From Rhodanobacteraceae bacterium (GTDB taxonomy: Bacteria > Pseudomonadota > Gammaproteobacteria > Xanthomonadales > Rhodanobacteraceae), in the NCBI GenBank assembly GCA_035701405.1, contig DASSNH010000139.1, positions 1 to 34,573 of the forward strand: a stretch of 34,573 bases of DNA, written 5' to 3'. Position numbers and translations under genes: made by a program. Shown in pieces: positions 1 through 11,183 of the stretch (the stretch's first letter is position 1; each line of letters starts with the position of its first letter). The notes beneath the pieces were generated by a model that was not told the DNA's origin, did not search any database, and saw only the letters and a list, made by a program, of their open reading frames with translations.

Positions 1-61
1 CACGGACAATCGGTACGATCAGCGGGTGACCCGAAGGCGCAGGCCGAAGGAGACGAGCAGG

Positions 62-1198
62 ATGATGAGCCATGCCGCAGCACGCACACCACAACGCGCC
101 GCCCGGGCTTATCAGGACCGGATCCTGCCGGCGGTTTCGCGCACCTTCGCATTGACGATTCCGCAACTCGACCCGCGCCTGCGGACGGTGATCGCCAACG
201 CCTATCTCCTGTGCCGGATCGCGGACACGATCGAGGACGAGCAGTCGCTGGCTGCCGACGTCAAGCAGCAATTCCATGACCGCTTCACCCGCGTGGTGGC
301 ATCCACGGAAGATCCCGCTTCGTTCGCGCGTGACCTTTCTCCGCTGCTGAATGGCAACACCCTCGCCGCCGAACGAGACCTCGTGGAGCATGCGCCGGCG
401 ATCATCGAGATCACCGACAGTTTCAACCTGCGCCAGCGCGAAGCACTGACGCGCTGCATCCGCACGATGTGCACCGGCATGCCGAGCTTCGAGCGCGAGG
501 CGAGCACGGCCGGACTGGCCGACATGCGCGAGATGGACCGATACTGCTACTACGTCGCCGGCATCGTCGGCCAGACGCTCACCGAACTCTTCTGCGACTA
601 TTCGCCGCGCATCGCCGAGCATCGCGAAGCCATGTCGTCGCTGGATGTGTCGTTCGGGCAAGGCCTGCAGATGACCAACATCCTCAAGGACTTCTGGGAG
701 GACCGCGATCGCGGTGTCTGCTGGCTGCCGCGCGACCTGTTCGCGGAAGAAGGCGTCGACCTCAAGTCCATTCGCCGCAACGACGTGCCGGCCGCGTTCG
801 GGCATGCCTATGCGCAACTGATCGGCGTCGCCCATAGCCATCTGCGGAACGCGCTCAACTACACCTTGTTGATCCCGGAGAAGGAGGTCGGGATCCGCCG
901 CTTCTGCCTGATCGCAGTGGGACTCGCGATGCGTACCCTCGCCTCGATCCTGGCCAAGCCGGATTTCACCGCCGGCGCGCAGGTGAAGGTGTCACGCCAG
1001 GTCGTCAAGAAGGTGGTGATCGCAACGCACCTGTTCGCGGGCTACAGCCGGGTGTTGCGGCGCTGGTTCGCGCGGCTCGCGTACGGCCTGCCGTTGCAGG
1101 CGCTGGCGGAGGACTGGGGCGGGCTGCTGCCCGGCCCGCATTCGGCCTGGCCGCGCAGCGATGCCTGCGGGCCCGCCCACGCTGTGACGTCCAAATAG
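62..1198 (+). CDS. sqs: Squalene synthase (farnesyl-diphosphate farnesyltransferase), single-enzyme eukaryote/Methylococcus type
   Basis: ORF 26..1198; start moved to ATG 62 (AAGGAG at 47-52, 9 nt upstream). SRTFALTIPQL, the first Asp-rich box YLLCRIADTIEDE and LQMTNILKDFWEDRDRG resemble true SQS (human SRSFAAVI / LRALDTLEDD / QKTNIIRDYLED), not HpnC/HpnD. shc starts 2 nt after its stop. Confidence 0.85.
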   Translation: MMSHAAARTPQRAARAYQDRILPAVSRTFALTIPQLDPRLRTVIANAYLLCRIADTIEDEQSLAADVKQQFHDRFTRVVASTEDPASFARDLSPLLNGNTLAAERDLVEHAPAIIEITDSFNLRQREALTRCIRTMCTGMPSFEREASTAGLADMREMDRYCYYVAGIVGQTLTELFCDYSPRIAEHREAMSSLDVSFGQGLQMTNILKDFWEDRDRGVCWLPRDLFAEEGVDLKSIRRNDVPAAFGHAYAQLIGVAHSHLRNALNYTLLIPEKEVGIRRFCLIAVGLAMRTLASILAKPDFTAGAQVKVSRQVVKKVVIATHLFAGYSRVLRRWFARLAYGLPLQALAEDWGGLLPGPHSAWPRSDACGPAHAVTSK

Positions 1199-1200
1199 CC

Positions 1201-3147
1201 ATGGCCCCCGATTCCGGAATCCCGCACGGACGTCCCGCCGCACACGCCGGCATCACCACCCGCGAGCGGACGCCGGGGCCTCTCGCCGCGGCTATCGACT
1301 CCGCGCGTTCCAGCCTCCTCGCGCACCAGCACGCGGAAGGCTACTGGCAGTACGAGCTGGAAGCCGACTGCACGATCCCTGCCGAATACATACTGATGCT
1401 GCACCATCTCGGCGAATCCGACCGCCTGCTCGAATCGCGGCTGGCCGCTTATCTCCGCGACCACCAACACCGCGACGGCGGTTGGCCGCTTTACCCCGGC
1501 GGCGCGATGGACGTGAGTTGCAGCGTGAAGTGCTACTTCGCCCTGAAGCTCGCGGGCGACCGGCCGGACGCGCCGCACATGGTGCGGGCGCGCTCGGCGA
1601 TCCTGGAGCGCGGTGGCGCTGCGCGAGCCAATGTGTTCACCCGCATCGCCCTGGCCCTGTTCGGCGAGCTGCCCTGGCGCGGCGTGCCGTTCGTGCCGGT
1701 GGAAATCGTGCTGCTGCCGAAGTGGTTCCCCTTCAACCTGTCCAAGGTGTCGTACTGGTCGCGAACCGTGATGGTGCCGCTGTCGGTGCTGACATCGCTG
1801 AAGGCGCGCGCGGCGAATCCGCGCGGCGTGCATATCCGCGAACTGTTCGTCACTCCGCCGGAACAGGAACGGCACTACTTCCAGGCGCGCTCGTTCCTGA
1901 ATCGACTCCTGTTCGCGTGCGAGCAAACCCTGCGCCGCGGCGAGCGGTTGATTCCACGGCGGATCCGCAAGCGCGCGCTCAAGCGCGCGGAAGCCTGGAT
2001 CCTGGAGCGTCGCAATGGCGACGGCGGGCTGGGCGCCATCTTCCCGGCGATGGTCAATGCCTACGAGGCCTTGGCGTTGCTCGGCTACCCGGCCGACGAC
2101 CCTGCACGCAAGGAAACCCGCAAGGCCATCGATGACCTGCTGGTCGTCCGCGACCATGAGGCATGGTGCCAGCCATGCGTGTCGCCGGTGTGGGATACCG
2201 GGCTCGCCTGCCTGGCGCTGCAGGAAGACAAGCACGCGCCGGGCGAACCGGTCCGGCGTGCCCTCGATTGGCTCGCCGAACGCCAGCTCTGCGACGCGCC
2301 GGGCGATTGGCGCGAGTACCGGCCCAGGCTTCCGGGCGGCGGCTGGGCTTTCCAGTTCCGGAACGATGCGTATCCCGACCTCGACGATACCGCGGTGGTC
2401 GCACGCGCGATGCACCAGTCGCCGGACCGCGCGCGCCATGCGGAAGCCATCGCCCGCGCGGCCGACTGGCTGGTCGGCATGCAGTCGCGCAACGGCGGGT
2501 TCGCGGCGTTCGACGCCGAGAACGACCACGGTTGGCTCAACCAGATTCCCTTCGCCGATCATGGCGCCCTGCTGGATCCGCCGACCAGCGACGTCAGCGG
2601 CCGCGTGCTGACGTTGCTGTCCATGCTCGACCGCCCCGGCGACCGCGAATCCCGCGACCGGGTGCTCCGTTTCCTGCTCGACGAACAGACCCCGGACGGT
2701 GCCTGGTTCGGCCGCTGGGGCACCAACTACGTCTATGGCACCTGGTCGGTGCTGGTGGCGTTGCGCGCGGCCGGCATGCCCGTCGATGCTCCCCGGATCC
2801 GGCGCGCGGCGCGCTGGCTGAAGTCGGTCCAGCAGGCCGACGGTGGCTGGGGCGAAGGCAACGACAGCTACCTCGATCCGCGGCTCCGCGGTCGCGGCGC
2901 ACGCAGCGGCCCCACCCAGACGGCCTGGGCGTTGCTGGCGCTGATGCAGGCCGGCGAAGCGGACAGCCCGGCAGTCGCGCGTGGCATCGATTACCTGCTG
3001 AAGACCCAGGTCGACGGCGAATGGCGCGACACGCGCTTCAACGCACCCGGCTTTCCGCGCGTGTTCTATTTGAAGTACCACGGCTACAGCCGCTACTTCC
3101 CGTATTGGGCGCTGGTGCGCTACCGCAATGTCCGTGGCAAGGGCTGA
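1201..3147 (+). CDS. shc: Squalene-hopene cyclase
   Basis: 648 aa. N-terminal QHAEGYWQYELEADCTIPAEYILMLHHLG, catalytic DxDDTA motif (YPDLDDTAVV), and repeated QW-type motifs (DGGW/NGGF/DGAW...GRWG). Confidence 0.97.
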   Translation: MAPDSGIPHGRPAAHAGITTRERTPGPLAAAIDSARSSLLAHQHAEGYWQYELEADCTIPAEYILMLHHLGESDRLLESRLAAYLRDHQHRDGGWPLYPGGAMDVSCSVKCYFALKLAGDRPDAPHMVRARSAILERGGAARANVFTRIALALFGELPWRGVPFVPVEIVLLPKWFPFNLSKVSYWSRTVMVPLSVLTSLKARAANPRGVHIRELFVTPPEQERHYFQARSFLNRLLFACEQTLRRGERLIPRRIRKRALKRAEAWILERRNGDGGLGAIFPAMVNAYEALALLGYPADDPARKETRKAIDDLLVVRDHEAWCQPCVSPVWDTGLACLALQEDKHAPGEPVRRALDWLAERQLCDAPGDWREYRPRLPGGGWAFQFRNDAYPDLDDTAVVARAMHQSPDRARHAEAIARAADWLVGMQSRNGGFAAFDAENDHGWLNQIPFADHGALLDPPTSDVSGRVLTLLSMLDRPGDRESRDRVLRFLLDEQTPDGAWFGRWGTNYVYGTWSVLVALRAAGMPVDAPRIRRAARWLKSVQQADGGWGEGNDSYLDPRLRGRGARSGPTQTAWALLALMQAGEADSPAVARGIDYLLKTQVDGEWRDTRFNAPGFPRVFYLKYHGYSRYFPYWALVRYRNVRGKG

Positions 3148-3856
3148 ATGCGTCGGGCTGGTCGTCGCGCTGCCCGCCGAAGCACGCAGCCTCGGGGCGC
3201 CGCGGCTGCATCCCGGTGACTGCGCGCCCTGGCAGCACGGCTGGGTGGCTGTCTCCGGAATCGGTCCGCACAACGCGATGCGGGCGGCGGAGCGCCTGCT
3301 CGCCTGCGGCGTAAGCCAACTCGCGAACTGGGGCGTCGCGGGCGCACTCGACGACAGCCTCGCACCCGGCGACATCGTGGTTCCCGAGTGCATCCGGCAC
3401 GCACCGGATGATCCCGGGTTCGCCACCGATGCGGTGACGTGCGACAGGATCGTGGCGGCGTGTTCCGCGACCTTGCCCGTGCGGCGCGGCGCGCTGTGGT
3501 CGTCGGACACACCGATCACGAACCCGGCGGACAAGCGCGCGCTCGCCGAGCGCTCGGGCGCGATCGCGGTCGACATGGAAGCGGCCGGGGTCGCCGCCGT
3601 CGCGGCCCGCGCAGGGCTGCCGTTCGCTGCGGTCAAGGCGATCTGCGATCCGCTGGGGCGTGAACTGCCGCGACGGATCATGCGCGCGCTCGACGGCGGC
3701 AGCGGCGGGCCGTCCTGGCGGATGCTGTCGGCGATCGCATTCGGGGGTCCACCGGTGTGGAGCGCGGCGCGGGGACTCGCGCAGGATTTCTCGCAGGCGC
3801 GGCGCGCGCTGACCTCGGCCGCGCGCCTTGCCGCGCGGGCCGCGGTCGCCGCATGA
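3128..3856 (+). CDS. hpnG: Hopanoid-associated phosphorylase/nucleosidase HpnG (PNP/MTAN superfamily)
   Basis: VGLVVALPAEARSL and AIAVDMEAAGVAAVA are typical of the MTA/SAH nucleosidase fold. Lies directly after shc, with a 20-nt overlap onto the shc 3-prime end. Confidence 0.85.
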   Translation: MSVARAECVGLVVALPAEARSLGAPRLHPGDCAPWQHGWVAVSGIGPHNAMRAAERLLACGVSQLANWGVAGALDDSLAPGDIVVPECIRHAPDDPGFATDAVTCDRIVAACSATLPVRRGALWSSDTPITNPADKRALAERSGAIAVDMEAAGVAAVAARAGLPFAAVKAICDPLGRELPRRIMRALDGGSGGPSWRMLSAIAFGGPPVWSAARGLAQDFSQARRALTSAARLAARAAVAA

Positions 3857-4845
3857 GCGCCCGCGTCCTCGTCAGCGGCGCCAATGGATTCGTGGGATCG
3901 GCGGTTTGCCTCGCCCTGTTGCGGCACGGTTTCACCGTGCGCGCGCTGGCGCGGCCGACCAGCGACATCGCCAGCCTCGATGGGCTGGACGTCGAGATTG
4001 CGCGCGGCGACCTGCTCGAGCCCCCGACGCTGCGGCAGGCGTTGCAAGGCTGCGAGGGGTTGTTCCATGTCGCCGCGGATTACCGCCTGTGGGCGCGCAA
4101 TCCCGAAGAGATCCGCATGAACAACGTGCGCGGCACCCGCAACATCCTCGCGGCCGCGCGCAGCACCGGCGTCGCGCGGGTCGTGCACACCTCGAGCGTC
4201 GCCACGCTGGGGCTGCATGAAGACGGCACGCCATCCGACGAGGAAACGCCCGCGAGTTACGCCGACATGATCGGCGAGTACAAGCGCTCGAAATACCTGT
4301 CGGAAAAAATGGCGCGGCGCCGCGCGCGCGCCGGACAGGACATCGTGATCGTGAACCCGTCCGCCCCGGTGGGGCCGCGCGACCGCAAGCCCACGCCCAC
4401 CGGCCAGATGATCGTCGATGCGGCGCGCGGCAAGATGCCGGCCTACGTCGACACGGGGCTCAACATCGTGCACGTGGACGATGTCGCCGAGGGCCACGTG
4501 CTGGCGTTCCAGCGCGGCGAGCGCGGGCGCCGCTACATCCTCGGCGGCGAGAACATGAGCCTGCGCGAGATCCTTTCGACGGTCGCGGAACTGACCGGGC
4601 GCGCGGGCCCGAGGGTCCGGTTGCCGCACCGCGCGCTGTTGCCGGTCGCGCGCGCCGCCGAGGCCTGGGCGCGGGTGCGCGACCGCGCACCCACCATCAC
4701 GGTCGACGGCGTCAGGCTGGCGCAGCACAAGATGTATTTCACCAGTCGTCGCGCCGAAACCGAACTCGGCTATCGTGCGCGTCCCGCCCGGGAGGCGTTG
4801 TCCGACGCAATACAATGGTTCCGGGCCAACGGATACTGCCGATGA
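3853..4845 (+). CDS. hpnA: Hopanoid-associated NAD-dependent sugar epimerase/dehydratase HpnA
   Basis: Real start is ATG 3853 (MSARVLVSGANGFVGSAV Rossmann motif), overlapping the hpnG stop as ATGA. Has LFHVAADYRLW and YxxxK (YKRSK). The ORF-track extension to 3757 is out-of-context read-through. Confidence 0.9.
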   Translation: MSARVLVSGANGFVGSAVCLALLRHGFTVRALARPTSDIASLDGLDVEIARGDLLEPPTLRQALQGCEGLFHVAADYRLWARNPEEIRMNNVRGTRNILAAARSTGVARVVHTSSVATLGLHEDGTPSDEETPASYADMIGEYKRSKYLSEKMARRRARAGQDIVIVNPSAPVGPRDRKPTPTGQMIVDAARGKMPAYVDTGLNIVHVDDVAEGHVLAFQRGERGRRYILGGENMSLREILSTVAELTGRAGPRVRLPHRALLPVARAAEAWARVRDRAPTITVDGVRLAQHKMYFTSRRAETELGYRARPAREALSDAIQWFRANGYCR

Positions 4846-5873
4846 CATCGCCACCCGGGCGGGCGACCGCCCTCGCGCATCCCAACATTGCGCTGGTGAA
4901 ATACTGGGGCAAGCGCGACGATACGCTGAACCTGCCGGCGTCGGGGTCGCTGTCGATCACGCTCGACGGATTGCACACGCGCACCTCGGTCCGTTTCGAT
5001 CCCGCACTCGGCGAAGACGACATCGAGTTGAACGGGCGCTGCGACGAGGCCGAGTCGCGAAAGATTTCCGCGTTCCTCGACCTGCTGCGCACCCGTGCGG
5101 GCATCGCCACCCGCGCACGCGTGGCCAGCGCGAACGACTTTCCGACCGGCGCCGGCCTCGCCTCCTCGGCGTCCGGTTTTGCCGCGCTCGTGGTGGCGGC
5201 CGACCGCGCGCTCGGAATGGGTTTGGACGCATCGTCGCTTTCGCGGCTGGCGCGGCGCGGTTCGGGCTCGGCAGCACGTTCGATCTTCGGCGGTTTCGTC
5301 GAAATGGCGGCCGGCGCGCGCGCCGACGGCGAAGACGCCTTTGCGACGCCGCTGCTCGATCCGGAGGCATGGCCGCTGAGCGTGGTGATCGCGATCACGA
5401 CGCGCGCCGCGAAAGCCACCAGTTCGCGCGTGGGCATGGACCTCACGCGGCGCACGTCGCCGTTCTACCGCGACTGGATCGCGGGCGGCGCACGGGACCT
5501 CGATGCTGCACGCGCTGCGGTGCGGGTGCGCGATTTCGACAAGCTGGCCGACGTCGGCGAAGCGAGTTGCCTCGCGATGCACGCGGTCATGCTCTCCACC
5601 CGCCCCGGGCTGGTCTACTGGAACGGCGCGACGGTCGAATGCATGCGGCGTGTGCGCGCCCTTCGCGACACCGAAGGGCTGGGCACGTTCTTCACGATCG
5701 ACGCCGGTCCGCAGGTGAAGGCCGTTTGCCTGCCGGAAGCGGCAGGCCGCGTCGCCGATGCCCTTCGCGAGATCCCGGGCGTCGAGGACGTGCTCGTCAG
5801 CGGATTGGGGCACGGCGCGCGGGTCGTCGAGGAGCGCGCGGTGGAGGATTGTGCGGCCGGGGACGACGGCTGA
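4842..5873 (+). CDS. mvaD: Diphosphomevalonate decarboxylase
   Basis: NIALVKYWGKRD, LNLPASGSLSITL, FPTGAGLASSASGFAALV and RRGSGSAARSIFGGF. ATG 4842 overlaps the hpnA stop (ATGA). Confidence 0.9.
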   Translation: MTSPPGRATALAHPNIALVKYWGKRDDTLNLPASGSLSITLDGLHTRTSVRFDPALGEDDIELNGRCDEAESRKISAFLDLLRTRAGIATRARVASANDFPTGAGLASSASGFAALVVAADRALGMGLDASSLSRLARRGSGSAARSIFGGFVEMAAGARADGEDAFATPLLDPEAWPLSVVIAITTRAAKATSSRVGMDLTRRTSPFYRDWIAGGARDLDAARAAVRVRDFDKLADVGEASCLAMHAVMLSTRPGLVYWNGATVECMRRVRALRDTEGLGTFFTIDAGPQVKAVCLPEAAGRVADALREIPGVEDVLVSGLGHGARVVEERAVEDCAAGDDG

Positions 5874-6895
5874 TGCACGTCACCGCCAGCGCGCCGGGCA
5901 AGCTGGTGCTGCTCGGCGAATACGCGGTGCTGGAAGGCGCGCCCGCGCTGGTACTGGCGGTGGATCGCCGCGCCCGCGTGGCACTCACTCCCACCGCCGG
6001 CCCCGCATGGGAAATCGTCTCGCCCACGCTCGGCGCCGAAGCATCGCTGCGCTTGGGTATCGATGGCGTCGAATGGCACCATGCGCCGGTGCCCGGACTG
6101 GAATGGCTGGCGGCGCTGTTCGCGCAACTGCCGTTCGCGGCCACGCTCCCGCCCTGCCGCGTCGAACTCGACAGCGACGCGTTCTTCCTCGACCACGCCG
6201 ATGGGCGGATGAAGCTCGGCCTCGGCTCCAGCGCCGCGATCACGGTCGCCCTCATCGGCGCGTTGCACGCGTGCGCGGGGCGGCCCGACCCGACACTCGA
6301 GGAAGCCATCGCGGTGCACCGCGCGATCCAGCATGGGCGCGGCAGCGGCATCGACATCGCCGCCGCGCTCGCGGGCGGACTCTCGCGCTTCGAGCTCCGC
6401 CGAGGCGCCCCCGGCTATGTGCCAATGCGGCTCCCGCATGGACTGCACTGGTGCTGCGTGTTCAGCGGCCGGCCGGCCTCCACCGCCGACATGCTGGCAA
6501 GGATCGCGGCGTGGCGCGAGCGCGAGCCGGCGGAGTACGCCCGCCGCATCCGCGAACTCGCTACAATGGCTTTACGCGGTGTCGACGCCGTTGCCGGCCG
6601 CGATGCCGCATCCTTCCTGTCCAGCTTCGAAGAATATGCGCACGCACTCGCGCGCTTCGGCGAGGCCGGCGGCGTGGACATCGCGAGCCGCGGGCATCGC
6701 GTCCTCGCTGCCCTTGCCGCGGACTGCCGGGTGGTCTACAAGAGCTGCGGCGCGGGCGGCGGTGACGTGGGCGTCACGTTCGCCATGGATGATATGCGGT
6801 TGCAGGAATTCGCCGGGCGCGCCACCGAAGCCGGATTCGCCGTGATCGAACTGGATGCGGACCCGCGCGGTCTGGAAACGAACGTTGCCGATTGA
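5873..6895 (+). CDS. mvaK2: Phosphomevalonate kinase (ERG8/GHMP type)
   Basis: Coding part of ORF 4775..6895 starts at MHVTASAPGKLVLLGEYAVLEG (ATG 5873, shares one nt with the mvaD TGA). GHMP motif KLGLGSSAAITVAL and KSCGAGGGDVGVTFA parallel S. pneumoniae PMK (CGKLYWAGEYAILE, KFGLGSSGS, KSSGAGGGDCGI). Confidence 0.85.
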   Translation: MHVTASAPGKLVLLGEYAVLEGAPALVLAVDRRARVALTPTAGPAWEIVSPTLGAEASLRLGIDGVEWHHAPVPGLEWLAALFAQLPFAATLPPCRVELDSDAFFLDHADGRMKLGLGSSAAITVALIGALHACAGRPDPTLEEAIAVHRAIQHGRGSGIDIAAALAGGLSRFELRRGAPGYVPMRLPHGLHWCCVFSGRPASTADMLARIAAWREREPAEYARRIRELATMALRGVDAVAGRDAASFLSSFEEYAHALARFGEAGGVDIASRGHRVLAALAADCRVVYKSCGAGGGDVGVTFAMDDMRLQEFAGRATEAGFAVIELDADPRGLETNVAD

Positions 6896-6912
6896 AGCTT
6901 CGAGGAACAAGC

Positions 6913-9163
<2,251 letters not shown>

Positions 9164-9171
<8 letters not shown>

Positions 9172-9778
9172 CGACGCAGACAACCGGGTGGTTTCGTTCG
9201 AGAGCGAACGGCTGATCCTCGTGGACTCGGCCGATCGCGAGATCGGCCACGCCAGCAAGGCCGACGCGCACGCCGGACAGGGCATCCTGCACCGCGCGTT
9301 CTCGCTGTTCGTGTTCAACCCGGCGGGCGAGTTGCTGTTGCAGCAGCGCGCCACCGGCAAGCCCCTGTGGCCCGGCTACTGGGCCAACAGTTGCTGCAGC
9401 CACCCGCGTGGTGGCGAGGACATGGAAACCGCGACCCGTCGGCGCCTCGCCGAGGAACTCGGGTTCACCTGCCCGCTCGAATTCGTCTACAAGTTCCAAT
9501 ACCACGCCGAGTACGGCGAGGCCGGTTCGGAATCGGAGTTGTGCTGGGTGTACGTCGGCACGTCCGACGCGCCGGTGCGGATCAACGAAACCGAGATCGC
9601 GGCCTGGCGGTACGTCGCGCCCGATGCGCTGGATCGCGAAATCGCGGAAGCACCCGACCGCTTCACGCCCTGGCTGAAGATGGAATGGCAGCGTCTGCGC
9701 GGCGAATTCGCCGAGCGCCTGCCGGGCGCGCGCGTTGCACAGCCCCCCTCCAGGACGCGCTCGTTCGCGACGGATTGA
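9164..9778 (+). CDS. idi: Isopentenyl-diphosphate delta-isomerase, type 1 (Nudix)
   Basis: HRAFSLFVFNPAGELLLQQRA, KPLWPGYWANSCCSHP and ESELCWVY align with E. coli Idi (HLAFSSWLFN, WPGVWTNSVCGHP, ENEVCPVF). The TTG 9164 start overlaps the upstream stop by 8 nt; GTG 9188 is an alternative. Confidence 0.88.
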
Positions 9779-9819
9779 TCCCGGAACGATACGGAAGTGC
9801 CCGCACGCGCCGGGGACAA

Positions 9820-10902
9820 TCAGGCCACCCGGTCAGGAAACCATCGACGCAGGCGACGCTTCAGCGCCAATGCCGGCGCCTCCACTGCGTGCCAGGAACA
9901 CCACGCCAGCGCCGCCGTCGCGACCACGGACACCACCAGCGTGCCGGCGAGCGACCCGTTGGCAGGCCAGTACCGCACGCTGAGCTGCTGCACGAAGTAG
10001 GCATAGATGTAAATACCGTATGACAGGTCGCCGAAGCGCCCGGCGGACCGGATCCCCGGCGTGTCCATCGAACCCGTGAGGAGCACCAGCGGTGCGACGA
10101 TGACCCAGGTCGCCAGGTCCTGGCGGCCGCTCGCCACGGCTGCGAGGAACGCGGCCAGGCCGGCGCATGACCACGCGATGCGATGCCGCAGGACTTCTGC
10201 CGTGAACTGCCGGGCGCAAAGGCCCGTGGCAAAAAACAGGATGTAAAGATACTTCAGGCCCTGGCCCGTCGGCGACTGCAAATACAGGAACGCGACGACT
10301 GCAAAGGCGAGCACGGAAAGCCAGCGCCGCCTCAGGCCGACGACGCCGAGGAGCGCAAGGTACAGGTAGCACTTCGCTTCGACGGGAATGGTCCACCAAC
10401 TTCCATTGACCGCCGCCATCGCGGCGCCGGAACCACCCGCGAAAACGCCGGGCAATTCGTACACGATGCGCAGCTGCAGGTTGCGCGCGACGAAATGCCG
10501 GACAGCGCCGAGGTAATCACCCGCGGCCATGCTGGTGAGGAACACCGAAGCCGCCGCGATCACGATCGTGGCGGCCGCGAGCCCCGGCCACAGGCGCAGG
10601 AACCGGCGCAGGATGAATCGCACCAGGTGGGGATCGCGATACCAGCTCTCCGCGACCAGATAGCCGCTGATGACGAAGAACATCATCACGGCCAGTTCGC
10701 CCAGCGTGTAGCCGCCGACCGTCGGCTGGGCCTTGCCCAGGAAGAACAACTGGTGCGAGCACAACACGAGCAGTGCGGCTACCAGCCTGATCGCGTCGAA
10801 GTTGTTGGTGCGCGCCCGGACCGTCGCAGGCGCCGCATCGCCCACCGCCGCGCCGGCCGCGTCCAGATGCAATCCGACCGCAGCTTCACCGTCGCTCGAC
10901 AT
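9820..10902 (-). CDS. Membrane acyltransferase, acyltransferase_3 (OafA/NolL-like) family
   Basis: NNFDAIRLVAALLVLCSHQ near the N-terminus plus about 10 hydrophobic segments. Convergent with idi, divergent from hpnH. No clear SD, so the start is uncertain. Confidence 0.75.
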   Translation of the reverse strand: MSSDGEAAVGLHLDAAGAAVGDAAPATVRARTNNFDAIRLVAALLVLCSHQLFFLGKAQPTVGGYTLGELAVMMFFVISGYLVAESWYRDPHLVRFILRRFLRLWPGLAAATIVIAAASVFLTSMAAGDYLGAVRHFVARNLQLRIVYELPGVFAGGSGAAMAAVNGSWWTIPVEAKCYLYLALLGVVGLRRRWLSVLAFAVVAFLYLQSPTGQGLKYLYILFFATGLCARQFTAEVLRHRIAWSCAGLAAFLAAVASGRQDLATWVIVAPLVLLTGSMDTPGIRSAGRFGDLSYGIYIYAYFVQQLSVRYWPANGSLAGTLVVSVVATAALAWCSWHAVEAPALALKRRLRRWFPDRVA

Positions 10903-11076
10903 GTTCGGAGGACCGCCTGTGGAGTAGTGGACGAGGGACGAACGTTCCGCGCGAGCAACCGATAGCGCGGTGGGCTGCTAGAGTGGCCGGAACGATCGCA
11001 CGACGGGTGGCATGGTAGCGCCACGGGCGCGACGCGTGCACCCCGTTCACGAGTAGCCACGGGCTGCCGCTGGCGC

Positions 11077-11094
11077 GTCAACGCCACGTTGACA
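11077..11094 (+). promoter_or_regulatory. Palindrome GTCAACG-CCA-CGTTGAC overlapping a perfect TTGACA hexamer, upstream of hpnH
   Basis: 7-3-7 perfect inverted repeat at 11077-11093, with TTGACA at 11089-11094, about 90 nt upstream of the hpnH ATG. I found no good -10 hexamer at 17-nt spacing, so promoter or operator status is tentative. Confidence 0.3.
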
Positions 11095-11183
11095 CGTGCC
11101 GGTCCACTATCCGGGGCAGGCCCACCGACGCGCAACCGCCCGCCGGTCACACCCCAGGCGCTCCGGCGCCAGAGGAGTCAACG

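Noticed and set aside
1042-4854. 1270-aa ORF on the minus strand spanning shc, hpnG and hpnA
   Set aside because: It is antisense to four well-supported genes. Its translation is Arg/Ala/Gly/Pro-rich low-complexity sequence with no motifs, the typical long antisense-frame ORF of high-GC DNA.
6892-6912. TTG 6892 as the start of HMGR::MVK (a TTGA overlap with the PMK stop)
   Set aside because: It is possible, but ATG 6913 has a GAGGAA SD at ideal spacing, and HMGR homology starts only after it. It is kept as an alternative, not a separate feature.
9779-9819. Possible terminator between the convergent idi and acyltransferase_3 genes
   Set aside because: Only a 5-bp CCCGG/CCGGG pairing with a ~27-nt loop is present, so there is no convincing hairpin or U-tract.
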